A DNA stretch of 31,927 bases, taken from NCBI RefSeq assembly GCF_000181795.1, contig NW_003526945.1, positions 4,738,682 through 4,770,608 on the forward strand, written 5' to 3'. Below the pieces are notes generated by a model. The model was not told where the DNA came from and ran no database searches. It saw nothing but the letters and a program-made list of their open reading frames with translations. The stretch is from Trichinella spiralis (Eukaryota). Below are positions 12,401-23,780 of the stretch, piece by piece (positions within the stretch are counted from its first letter, which is position 1; every line of letters begins with the position of its first letter). The position numbers and the translations under genes are program-made.

Positions 12401-15101
12401 AGTGCAACCAGATCAAGAAGTGACTTGCCGAGTGAAAAAGCTTGCCTCAAATCTGGAAAACGCCGAGAGTGGTAACGTTAACTTTTGTGTGTGAAAATGA
12501 ATGAGAATAACTTTTTATTTGCAGCTGAACCCAAAACCGCTGGTCTCTCAGAAAAGAAAAAATTGTCAATGGATTTGTTGTACAAGAATAACAGCAACAG
12601 CATCAACAACAACAACAACAACGTTCCGGAAGAAATACAGCCTACAAACGGTGAGAGATCAGAATCTCAGAAAGCCCCTCCAAGTCGACCTGTTTTGGCT
12701 CCTCCACCGGCTTTGCCAGATTTGAGTTCGTTGGACAGTGTTGTTGAACAGCCGAAACAGCGCATCGGAGCGGTGCATTCTTTGGCTGTTAAATATCAGC
12801 AACAGCAGAAGCCAGATGTGGAACCTTCGCCGGCGGGCTCCAACTCCAAAGGGGAACCGAGTGCTGCGAATGACGACGAATCCGCTGCCCAACCGGGCGG
12901 TGGTGGTGGTGATACGTTTGCCAATGCGTTGAGCAGGGCCAGGAAAGGGATGGAGAAAAAGTTGGCTGCCCGTGAAGCGATCGATACGAGAAAAGAGAGT
13001 GAAATTCAATGGGAGAAAGCGTTGCAAAATTTGAATCGACCGTTGATTGTTAACGATTTGGATTTTACCGAACTGAACGACGCGGACGATCAAGATCCGC
13101 TCCGTTTGGTGCGGGCGCAGGAGATGTCAGCGGCTGGGGGCGGGGCCGATTCACTGTCCAGACCGCCGCCTCCTCCGCTGTTTGCTCAGACGTTGGGTTC
13201 AATTCCTGGCCCACCTCCACCGCCACCTCCGCAAGCCGCAAGTACCGGCGGTCCTCCGCCCCCTCCGCCGGTTGCGAAACAAGAGTCCGGGATGGGACAT
13301 CGGTCTTCAACGGCCAGTCGTGCGGATCGTGTTGATTCGAAAACGGTGAAACTGCACTGGAAGGAAGCCCAGTGCAAGCCGCTGCCGGGTGTACTCGACA
13401 AAGACGGTGGCATATTTTGGCAGAAAGTGAAGCCGGTCGCAATTGATACAGAAAAGTTGGGCAATCTGTTCGTGACCAAAACCAAAGAATTGGCGCCGAA
13501 GAAGAAGGACGACAAGAAGCTTGAAATTCGTGTTCTGGATACGAAGCGCAGCAACGCGATCAACATCGGCCTGACCAAATTGCCGCCTCCTCGTGCGATC
13601 AAAACTGCCGTGTTGAAATTCGACTCGTCGATCATGAACAAAGAGTGCATTGAAAAAGTGCTCTCGACGATGATGCCCACTGCGGAAGAGCAAGAAGCGA
13701 TCGCCGGTGCGCAGGCTGCCAATCCCGACTTGCCGCTCGGCAGTGCCGAGCAATTTCTGCTTATGCTCTCTGAAATTCCCCAACTGCACGCCCGACTCCG
13801 ACTCTGGCTTTTCATGCTCGACTATGCCAACGTGGAACGTGAAGTGGCCGAGCCGTTGATGGACTTGAAGCTGGCAATGGAAGAATTGGACAAGAGCCGT
13901 ACGTTCAAGCAGGTGATGGCCACGCTGTTGGCCGTTGGCAATTTTCTCAACGGGGCCGAGGTGCGTGGTTTTCAAATCGACTACTTGGCCAAAGTGCCCG
14001 AAGTGAAGGATACGGTCCACAAGCATTCTCTTGTTTATCACTTGGCGTCGATTGTTCTCGAAAGCTTCCCCGACTCTACGGACCTGTACTCGGAGATGGG
14101 AGCGGTGGCCCGTTCGGCTAAAGTCGACTTTGACGAGGTGAAAGCCAATTTGGAAAAACTGGAAAAAGATTGCAAATCATCCTGGGACTATTTACGAGTA
14201 GTCGCCAAACACGAATCGCACAGTCTGAAAGAGAAAATATCCGGCTTTTTGACCGACTGTGCCCAGCGTATACTTACTCTCAAGATTATACACAAGCGTG
14301 TTATCAATCGGTACATTTCAACCTATTGCCACTTGCATGTTGAATTATTTATACGTTCCATTCAGATTTCGCAAATTTCTCCTCTACATGGGTATGCCAC
14401 AGCCGGCGATCAAAGATACGAAAATTAACACAATTTGCAAAACGATCAGCGAATTCGCTTTGGAATATCGCACGTGCCGTGAAAAGATTTTGCAGCAGAA
14501 AAAACGACTCCAAGACAAACGTGAACGGAACAAGACACGAGGCAAGCTCATAACTGACGCCAAAAGCTGGACGCAACGCAACAACCCCACAAATTCTTCT
14601 TCAACTGCTGAAAATGCAAACGCTCAAAAAAATCACGAAGAATTGAGCAAAGTGCTCAAATCGACAGGCAACGCAGACGCCAGCTGGAATCTGTCCTATC
14701 CGGGCTCAAGAACACGCCAAAAGATCACTCAACCTACTGCTGCTGGTATTGGATTGGATTTTTCAATATTCTTATTTATATAATTAATTTGTTATTATTA
14801 TTATTATTATTTCTTCTTCTTTTTCATTATTCACAATTTTCACAAATGATTTCACAGATCACAATTGAGATGACTGGATGGATGTTGATGTTGTTTTGTT
14901 TTTTCAGAAGTTAGATCGACTATGGGTGAAGCGGCTGAATCTCCTGATGATGAAATCTTGGACGGCTTGGTCAAAGCGGCTACAACGACTGGCGATCATC
15001 CGCGTGAATACAGACGACGGGCAAGGCAGTTCAACAGAAAGTCACTTAGACGTACGCGAACGCTTAAACTTGTTGACGATCAAATCAACGGAACGTACTG
15101 A
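3455..15101 (+). CDS. fhod-1: FHOD-family formin (FH1/FH2 domain-containing protein, FHOD1/3 / fhod-1 type), 1192 aa
   Basis: Exons 3455-3679, 7329-7453, 10653-10711, 10775-10842, 10897-11002, 11072-11166, 11771-11882, 11981-12278, 12341-12471, 12525-14310, 14366-14745, 14908-15101. All introns are GT-AG and phase-consistent (3579 nt). Motifs: FHOD N-terminus [11 protein letters not shown]...[14 protein letters not shown]...[13 protein letters not shown]3 [15 protein letters not shown]...[19 protein letters not shown]...[23 protein letters not shown]...[16 protein letters not shown]; poly-Pro FH1; FH2 KTVKLHW...[18 protein letters not shown]...LAVGNFLNG...EFALEYRT; C-terminal [12 protein letters not shown]...[12 protein letters not shown]. 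Confidence 0.95.
3710..3762. repeat. (GA)n and (GT)n microsatellites at the start of formin intron 1
   Basis: gagagagaaagagagagaga and gtgtgtgtgtgtgtgt. Confidence 0.85.
7945..8237 (+). CDS. Candidate alternative first coding exon of the FHOD formin (inside intron 2)
   Basis: GC-richer island. ATG at 7945 opens 97 codons and ends at donor ACA|GTAAGC (GT at 8238) in phase 2, which matches the phase-2 acceptor of formin exon 3 (10653). In-frame stop upstream at 7786. Confidence 0.55.
9741..9800. repeat. (TA)/(TATG)n microsatellite in formin intron 2
   Basis: tatatatacatatatacatgtatatatgcatgtatgtatgtatgtatg... Confidence 0.85.
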
Positions 15102-15145
15102 TTGATATTCTTCTATTGATCTGTGTTTCAACCAACCTTTACCTT

Positions 15146-15187
15146 ACTCACTCATTCACTCACTCACTCACTCACTCACTCACTCAC
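15146..15187. repeat. (ACTC)n tetranucleotide repeat in the formin 3' UTR
   Basis: actcactcattcactcactcactcactcactcactcactcac. Confidence 0.9.
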
Positions 15188-16438
15188 CTTGCTTAAGTAC
15201 TGTACATAAGAACCATCTATCTACACAGTACTGTATTTGTATAGAATATATGCGCCCATATATAGCTATATAGATATTTCTTTATGCGTATGAGCAGCGT
15301 TGAAATGGAATACAAGTATAATTGTTTATGTAAACTTTGTTTTTTTCATTGCTTATTATTATTATTATTTTGCTAGTTGCATTTCAAATAGCCTTTTCAA
15401 TGGCTGAAAATTTTGTTCTCTTGCTGTTTTGCTTCTTGCTTGCTTATTAACTGACGTTTTTTTGTTTTTTGATAAATAAGCCGGAGAAGCTTTGAAAAAG
15501 TGTTGCTTGCCTAAATTCAAGGCATTATTGTTCAAGTAAAAAATGAAAAAAAAAACAAAGAAATTGTTCTGCTTTTTCATTTTGATATTTGTCGACAAAT
15601 TTTGAAGCCGAATTCTTTCTCTTCGTCTCTCTGTGCAGACGTTAGTTACTACTACACCTGTCTTTCAAACGCGTTAAACTGTTTTTAACTTTCATTTAAA
15701 AATTTTTTCACAATTGATTATTTAATTTAATTTAATTTAATTATTAAAATTATTCAAAATAACACTTATTAAATAACAGTTTACTTGTTCATTCATTCAT
15801 ATTGAATAAGAAGAAAGATTTTTTTTAATATATTTTTTCTTTCTTACTTCAAAACAAGCTTACTGTATAAATTTATTTTTCTGTTGCATGATGATTGACA
15901 TAAAAGGCAGCTTTCACTTGCACTGCTTTATAAAACAACTTTTCTAAGTACATTTTTAAAATGTATATTCAATTTTTTTCGAATACATATACATACATAA
16001 TATGTACCTGATTTTCAGTTAACTGTAATGGTTTCAGTAAATTTTATGTTTTTACATTTGTGGTGTAAAATTGTGCACGAAACGAGTAATTCAACCAAAC
16101 AAGCAGTGCTATTTTTATTGAAAACATTACTTGACGTAATCTTTTAAATTATAAATTGAATTACAACCTAGCGCATCAAGTGCTACAAAAGTGACAGAAT
16201 TTTGTTTGTTTTTTTTTCAACTGACGTTGTCAACTTGGTGTTTGTAAGTTGTCAAGTGATTGTTCTTCCAGTTATTGTTATACAGGTGCTATTACGTTTG
16301 CAAAAATAACGCAAATGTTGATAACTTATCAGTGAAGTCGGCCGGACGTTGCATTGCATTGTTTGCAACTTTAGTTAGCAAGACAGTATTGTTTTTGCAG
16401 GACCAGCTAGCTAGTTTACCGAACAGTGGAAAACAAAA

Positions 16439-19400
16439 ATGTACAGAATCTCAGAGTGGTATTTTTTGTTTTAATGCGTTTCAATGTTTTAAGGTCAAAC
16501 GATTTTTGCCAAAGCAGTTCGACGGTGAAACAGCTGAACGAGACTGTTGTGCATCAAATTTCATTTGGACAAGTGATCAGCTGCATGACAAATGCAATAA
16601 AGGAACTAGTGGAGAATGCTCTTGATGCCGGTGCGACAGCAATTGGTAAAATGGATATTTTTTGATTTTGCAATCCATTTCTGATATTAAAATGCAATTT
16701 TTACAGCAAATAGTTATTTCATTTATTTTCTACTTTGTACATATTTTTTTATTGAAGACATTACGTTGACAAATTCTGGAATTGAGCGTATTCATGTAGC
16801 TGACAATGGAACCGGAATACCAGAAAAAGATTTTCAAAATATTTGTAAGCATGCAAATGTGTTATTTTAAAAAATCTATTAACGTAGTCAGGTTTGATAT
16901 TATTTTAGGCAAATCACATTGCACATCGAAATTATCTGTTATGGACGATCTGTCTCGCATGAAGACATTTGGCTTTCGTGGCGAAGCTCTGTGCGCTTTA
17001 TGCCTGATTGGGTAATTTGTTCAATGGCTATTATTATTTTATTAATGAACAAGAAAATTGCGTTTGAAATTTTAGCGACGTAATTATTACAACTCGTCAT
17101 GCTGATTCTGAATTGGCTTATCAGTTGCACTTTGATCGGTCTGGTCAGTTAACTAAACAAGTGGCCTGTTCACGTCAGGTTCGCCAAATTGTAATTAATA
17201 AATACAATAAATAAATGATAGATTTATTTTTAGATTGGTACAACTGTTGAAGTGGCAGAAATTTTTCATCCATTTCCAGTTCGAAGAAAATCGCTAATTC
17301 GAAGTGTTCAAAAAGAATGGCCCAAACTGATGCACATGCTTCAATCGTACGCATTGTTGCCATCAGCACTTCGCTTGCAGGTTGTTAATAAGCAAAAAGG
17401 AGGGTAATTTTATTGAATAATTGAATTGCAAATATGTATATTTTTTGCATTTCCCCTCACAGTAAACAGTCGGTCGCGTTTTCCGCATTGAGCAGTGAAA
17501 ATTTGCGCGAAAATATTTGCTCGGTGTTCGACGTTGGTCAGCTGAGATTGTTGATGGAATTTGTTCAAACTGTACCCAACGAAGAAACCCTTGAACAATA
17601 TTTGGTGAAAAATTTCGACCCTGCAGAAATTGACAAGATCAAGTTTGATTGTTGGATTTGTTTTTGAATGAAAAGAAAAAAAAGAATTTCTTTTTCAAAC
17701 TTCAGTATTCATTGAATGAAAATTTCACTTCAGAATTGTCGGCTTCGTGTCAAGTGTGCAACAGGGCCGTTCCAGTGGAGACAGACAATTTACATACGTC
17801 AACAATCGTCCCTGTGAAATTAGAAAGGTATATATATGTTTGTGTGTGTACTGTAGATGAAAGAAAATCAAGTTTGTTGAGAATTTATTAATTTTTAAAA
17901 TACTTTTGTTTCCATTGCACATGTATGTGTAATTTTTGAAATGACAATTGTTAGATAACTCAATTGGTCAATGAAGTGTATCATCAATTCAATCCAGTTC
18001 AGTATCCTGTTTTCGTTTTGTACATCAACGTTCCGACAGGTAAATTTGGTTTTTTTTTCTATTCCATTTTATCACTTGTTGTTTTAATTCTGAGCAGAGA
18101 TGCTTGACGTGAACTGCACGCCTGATAAGCGTTTGGTTTACATATCGAGGGAAAATTTGCTTTTGGCAATTTTGCGACACTCGTTGACCGAAATGTACGG
18201 GCAAAGTTCTGTGATAATGTCTTGTTCGTCACGGTGGAAAACTTTGGACACGCCCCAAATTGAAGACGCCACAGTTTCGGATGTTGTCGGCAACATTGCC
18301 GCCAGTGATAACAACTTGTCACCCGATTGCAGCAGTTGTTCCACTGCTGGCGGGAGCAGCAGCAACAAAGTCAACCTTGTCAGAGGTGTGAAAAGGTTGT
18401 CGTCCCGTAATTGTCGTCAAGATCATCAACTGGTGCCCATTCGAACGTCGGATATATTGGAAGCGTTCGGTTTCAAATCGAAAGAGAAGAAAAGCAGACG
18501 TCACAAGGAGGAGGGGCAGCGGCTTCACGGTGCAGAGGATGGTGGCAACGGTTGGCAGCAGGGTGGGATTGATGCTGTGCAGTTGGTCGCTTCGACGAGC
18601 GGCGAAAGGATGAGAATCAGCTGTTGTGAACCGCTTGACGATGAAGCAGCCGTAAAAAACTTTTCCCACGGCACAGCTGATTGTACAAGAACGGTACAAG
18701 AATCGTTGCCGTCGGTTGTTCATTCGACTACGGATGAGGCGGCCAAGTTTAAGCCCACTGCCGATCCCAGGGTAACAATCCCGGCGGCGACGATGGAGGT
18801 GATCAGCGGACAACAGCTGTCCACTTGTGGAAAAAGCGAATCCGCAGAAATTGAAGTTTCAAAAAGCGTGGAATGTGTATCCTCACGTGGGGGTGTGTGC
18901 ATTGCGCGGAAGTATTACGATTTGCAAGTCAACTGGGATGATCTGGAAATACGTTTGCTTGGATTGATTAAAACTTTTGGTAGTAAATTGTTGTGCTCAA
19001 TTTGCAATGGTAAAAAATTGAAATTGAATTTTCATTTAGACAACAACAATTGTGCAAAGACGAGCTTCAATGACATGAATAATAGGAAATTTCAAATCAA
19101 CGTTGATCCTGCCAAAGATGCGCAAGCTGAAGAAGAGGTGAAGCGATTTTTAACGTAATTTGTTTTTTATTCAGTTATTTTTTTAATAGTTGCATAAATG
19201 TTATGTGCATTTTATTCTAGTCGAGATATGTTTGCTGAAATGCACGTAATTGGTCAATTCAACTGTGGCTTCATTTTAACCCGTCTAGATGATGATCTTT
19301 TTATACTTGATCAACATGCCAGCGATGAAAAACGAACATTTGAAACAATGCGACGTTCGACAGTTGTTCAAAGTCAGCTGCTTGTCCAGTACGATCAGTG

Positions 19401-20239
19401 AATTGTCATTTATTTATGCATTTTATTTTGCGAAATGTTTAATATTTTAATTTTTTCTTTTTCACTAGTCCAATTTGCTCAAATCTTACACCGTTCGACA
19501 GACATGTTATTTTGGAAAATTTAGAAACTTTTAAAAATCTCGGTTACACTTTTCAATTTCCACCAGGTACGTGTATGCTTTTTCTTTTTTATGGATTTTT
19601 ATTTGTACAAATTTTTTTGTCCCTTGCATCTTTCAGAAGGAAGTGATGAACCTGTGAAAATAGTTTCCCTGCCTGTTTGTCATGGGCAAATATTTGATCA
19701 AAGAGGTGATACGACAGACAATATTTTAACATCGAATTCTTCCTTCCGTGTTGTAATTTTTTATTAATGCAAATTTCAGATTTTGACGAAATGATTTCCA
19801 AACTTTCGCAGTTTCCAGTATGCTGTTATCTTTTTTCCAGTTTTTTATTTTTTTATTTTTTTTTTGCTATTTTGACATTTATTTTTAGGGTAATTTGTGT
19901 ATGCCAACGAAAATAAGGTCAATTTTGGCTTCGAGAGCATGTCGCAAGTCTGTAATGATTGGCACCGCTTTGAGCATGGAAGAAATGCAGCAGGTTTGGT
20001 GGTCATTTTTGTACAATACTTCAAACAAAAAAGCAGGCAAAATTTTATTTAATTTTTTTGTATTGCAGATTGTCGAAAGGCTATCCTCAATTGAACATCC
20101 TTGGGTAAGTAGAATTGTTTTATTTTGAATAAGATTAAAAAATTGAATGCCGATGATTTTTGTTGAAAGCGAAATTTTGTAGAATTGTCCACACGGTCGT
20201 CCTACTGTAAGGCATTTGATTAATCTAGCAACATTTTGA
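16439..20239 (+). CDS. PMS2: Mismatch repair endonuclease PMS2 (MutL-alpha subunit), 853 aa
   Basis: Start is either ATG 16439 (exon 16439-16458 plus 16494-16645) or ATG 16474 (16474-16645). Further exons: 16758-16844, 16909-17011, 17076-17178, 17234-17403, 17463-17642, 17734-17827, 17955-18039, 18098-18979, 19040-19154, 19221-19388, 19469-19566, 19637-19705, 19780-19817, 19889-19993, 20069-20104, 20183-20239. GHKL ATPase motifs [43 protein letters not shown]; endonuclease motifs [16 protein letters not shown] (DQHAx2Ex4E), [23 protein letters not shown]. Confidence 0.95.
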
Positions 20240-20342
20240 TGATTGGTGGGTGATTTGATGCATTATTATTTATTTTATTTTAATTTTTTTATCTGTTATT
20301 TTATTGTTTTTTAAAAATTTTGCTTCTCATATTTTACCAATT

Positions 20343-20413
20343 CTACTACTACTACTACTACTACTACAATTACAACAACTAATAATAATAATAATGATGA
20401 TGATGATGATGAT
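20343..20413. repeat. Compound (CTA)n-(CAA)-(TAA)n-(TGA)n microsatellite between convergent PMS2 and TMED
   Basis: ctactactact...acaacaactaataataataataatgatgatgatgatgatgat. Confidence 0.9.
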
Positions 20414-20735
20414 AAGAGTTCATTATTAGTGAGATTTGTAAAAGAAGTTTCACTAGTCAGTCTACTTACTTTGAAAGTTGATCTTGTATTTTCATATTTT
20501 TTGTACTGTAAATTTCTTCAAATATTCAAATATGTTTATTACACTGAATTTCAGTAAACAGGAAGATTTTGATTTTTATTTGAAAAAGAAAGAAGGTATT
20601 TTTTTTTCATTTGAACAAAAGTGAAAACAAGAGAGACTGTTTTCAACATCGCAAACATTTCACCATGTTTACAAATCCCGTAGGTAGATAGATAGATAGA
20701 TGCATCATCCTAGGTGAATAATATCCAACAGGAAA

Positions 20736-21734
20736 TTAACGTCGAAGAAATTTTCCAATTCTGGATCGTTCTTCGAATAGACTTTTTATTAAGAAAATCT
20801 GAAAGCAAAATTCCACTATGTAGCAATCTATTATGATTTTGTTGTTATAATTGAAAAAAGAATATTTTTTTTGTTCTATCCCAAGATTAAAGAATCATAC
20901 TTGCAATGCACCGATGACAATAATTGCGGCTGAATTGAACATTGACCAAAAATTGACATGGCGAAGTTTAGAATCCAAAAAAGCACGGTCCTGTTTTTCG
21001 TGAATCCTTCCGGAACGCATTAAATTTTCGGCAGTCATTAATCGTTTTCTCATTTTTCCAAGTCTATCCTGAATATATTTTTATCTCACTTTGCGAAATC
21101 CAATCCCAAACAACGATGGTGTTGGACTTTTAATAATATATATATATATATATATCTTTTTTTAAAACTAACTTTCATATTTCCAACTGTCATATCCATT
21201 CCTTCGATAATGTTGTGCACGTCTAGGGTTGTAATTTCTTCTGACACTTCTTCGCTGTCACTGACGAACATGTTGAACAAAATGTACACCATTTTTGCCG
21301 TTTGATAGCTGAATGAGTTGTCAAAGCAAAATTTATAAGTTCCTAATCCGTGCAAGGGTATTCTAAAATTTGAAACAATTATTTTTCACTTAAATTTGTA
21401 TTACAAAACAATTATATATACCGGTGTGAATTTTCAGTTGTTCTTTCATCTTCAATTATGAAATTTTCATTTGGATCAATAACATACAGTCGAATATCAT
21501 AATCACCGCCACTTAATACCTGAAATGATGATAATTTTTTTGAAAAAAAGTAAATAAATAACATTTGAATTATACTTGATAATAAAGCTGAAGGAAGGTG
21601 TAATTGGTGTTTGTAACTTCTACGTAGAAGCACTGCACTTCTGAAGCTTCAATGATCGGAGTCAGCGACTGTTGACCAGCTAAGCAGATTTCAATTGCAC
21701 AAGCAAAAGCGACAATACAGGACAACAAATTCAT
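20736..21734 (-). CDS. p24/TMED (emp24/gp25L) GOLD-domain transmembrane cargo receptor, probably gamma subfamily, 225 aa
   Basis: Minus-strand exons 21734-21576, 21519-21422, 21362-21173, 21068-20901, 20798-20736, all GT-AG (678 nt). Signal peptide MNLLSCIVAFACAIEICLAG; GOLD domain with Cys pair (QCFY...YQVLSGGDYDI...GTYKFCFDNSFS); coiled coil; VNFWS followed by a TM helix; short tail SLFEERSRIGKFLRR. Confidence 0.9.
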
Positions 21735-21749
21735 CTTGAGCTTTCAATT

Positions 21750-21756
21750 CTGAAAA
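21750..21756 (-). promoter_or_regulatory. TTTTCAG splice acceptor 15 nt upstream of the TMED start codon (SL trans-splice site or 5'-UTR intron acceptor)
   Basis: Perfect nematode acceptor consensus, preceded by an AT-rich simple-repeat stretch, just before ATG 21734. Confidence 0.55.
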
Positions 21757-23217
21757 TAAACAATTGATGATGAATTATTATTATTATTGTTGTTGTTGTT
21801 GTTGTTATTCATTCATTCAATCATTCATTCATAAGGATATGAACACTTCAGTAACTAGCATAATTAGATGTTTAAAAGATGCTGATAAAGATTAAGCTTT
21901 TTCAGCGGCAGGTGAAACGCAGAACTAACTGAAAGCGGATTGACAGAAATCCTAATGCCACGTCGACTTGTTTATCAAACATTTAATCAGTACTGACTGT
22001 ATGTGCATTCTACAAATAAACCGCTTAATTATAATGGAAGCAATATTTTTAAGAACAAATGGAATACTTCTTTTCTGTTACATTTTTTTTCAATAATTTT
22101 GTTTGATATACATTTAAATTCATATATAGAACAATGATTTATATTTCTTTAATATAATATTTTATCTTGTTGGTATTTGCAAAGTAAAATTCATTAGATA
22201 TTATATACATATTTGTTGTTAAGGTGAAAGGATATTATTGTTTCACTTTCCAGCTTTCAAAAATAAATTTCAATGCAGTCAGTTGACTGTTGAATTCAAT
22301 AATTTGTACTTTTTGAATTATGTTCTTTGTTTTCCTCTTGCCTTATTTACAATATATTCAATGAATGTGAAATGATTATAAACTTATAATACATTGTGAT
22401 ATTTGTAATATAAATAGAAAATAGGCAAACAAAAGCTTTTTCACATATCATGATGGTTTTTGACGCTTGGATGATTATTTTTTGTATTTAATGTCGATCA
22501 GTTTTTGGAAATATGAGTTTTTTTTGAAATGTGATTAATAATAATAACAATAACAATGAAAGAAAACTTTTTTTTGGTTATTTTATCACAATGGCAATCT
22601 GGAATTTAGCATAAACTCGATCCATTTCCATCCACTGCTTTGTATGAAATTTCACTATGTTGTCCAATGAATCGATTGGTCCGCCTGTTTAAGCTTTTTG
22701 TGTTGAAGCCGAAACTGTTCTTTTCATCTTCAATCTTCAACTTCAAACATGTTCCACTCTGTTTATTTTTGATTGAAGGCGTTCGACGGGCAAATTTGCT
22801 TTTTGCAAATTAATTTGACAGAAGTACTCCAACGGAGCACTGTATGCATTGTACTGTTCTTGTTCTCGTCTTCACGACTGTTTTCTTTGTCTTCCTCTTT
22901 ACCCTCACGCCGAACCAACTGCCCACATCCCGTAACTTGATTTTCCCCAAATACAGTACAGTTATTTGTGTTGAACATCAACAACGACGATGACCTTACC
23001 TGTGGAAATGACCCTGGTCAGCAGTTTGGTGTTTTTCTAGTCATCTTCTCATTTTTTTCTGTTCGCTATTGTTTTAATTTTAATTTAAAATTTGGACATT
23101 GAATTGAAGTGGTGAAATTTGAATTATTCAATTTTTACAATTCCATTTGTAGTTATATTTATTAATCAATCTGTGTAAAAATTCCATTCACGGGCAAAAA
23201 CAGGTTGCCCTGTGCTT

Positions 23218-23225
23218 CACGCGCG

Positions 23226-23256
<31 letters not shown>

Positions 23257-23263
23257 ATATACA
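23218..23263. repeat. (CG)7-(CA)n alternating purine-pyrimidine tract
   Basis: cacgcgcgcgcgcgcgcacacacacacacacacacacacatataca. Confidence 0.9.
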
Positions 23264-23780
23264 ATTGTCCAATTTCATCGAAAAGCTGTTCACTTCTGTG
23301 ATTTATTTTGTATACATGCCGGCTTTTATGGTCAATTTCTTTCCATCAATGCTGGTGCTTTCTTCCAATATGCAAATTTATTTCCAATCACTGCAGTATC
23401 CCAATGTAAACAGTGTGTAATCGCCATTACGATTACTATTATTATTAATATTATTATTATCTCTGTTGATTCTACTTTGTGCCCATGTTTCTTGATTTGT
23501 ACGTTGTCTGATTTGATTGATTGATTTGATGGATTGATTGAATGAATGAATGAATGAAATGAATTCCAATATCAAATTCATTTTTATAATTTGATGGACA
23601 TAAATGAGCACACATATTGTTGTTCTAAATTGATGATGCCCTTTCACTTGAAACTGTTATTATTATTATTATTATTATTATTAGATGTAAAAAAATGTTT
23701 TCACATTCTTATTAAAATTATTTACTTAAGGTGGAATTTCTTCTCATATTCTTCTACTTGAACATTTTTCAATCTGAAAA

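Noticed and set aside
12659..14041. Long antisense ORFs (144-244 aa)
   Set aside because: They are shadows of the GC-rich formin exon 10 codon usage.
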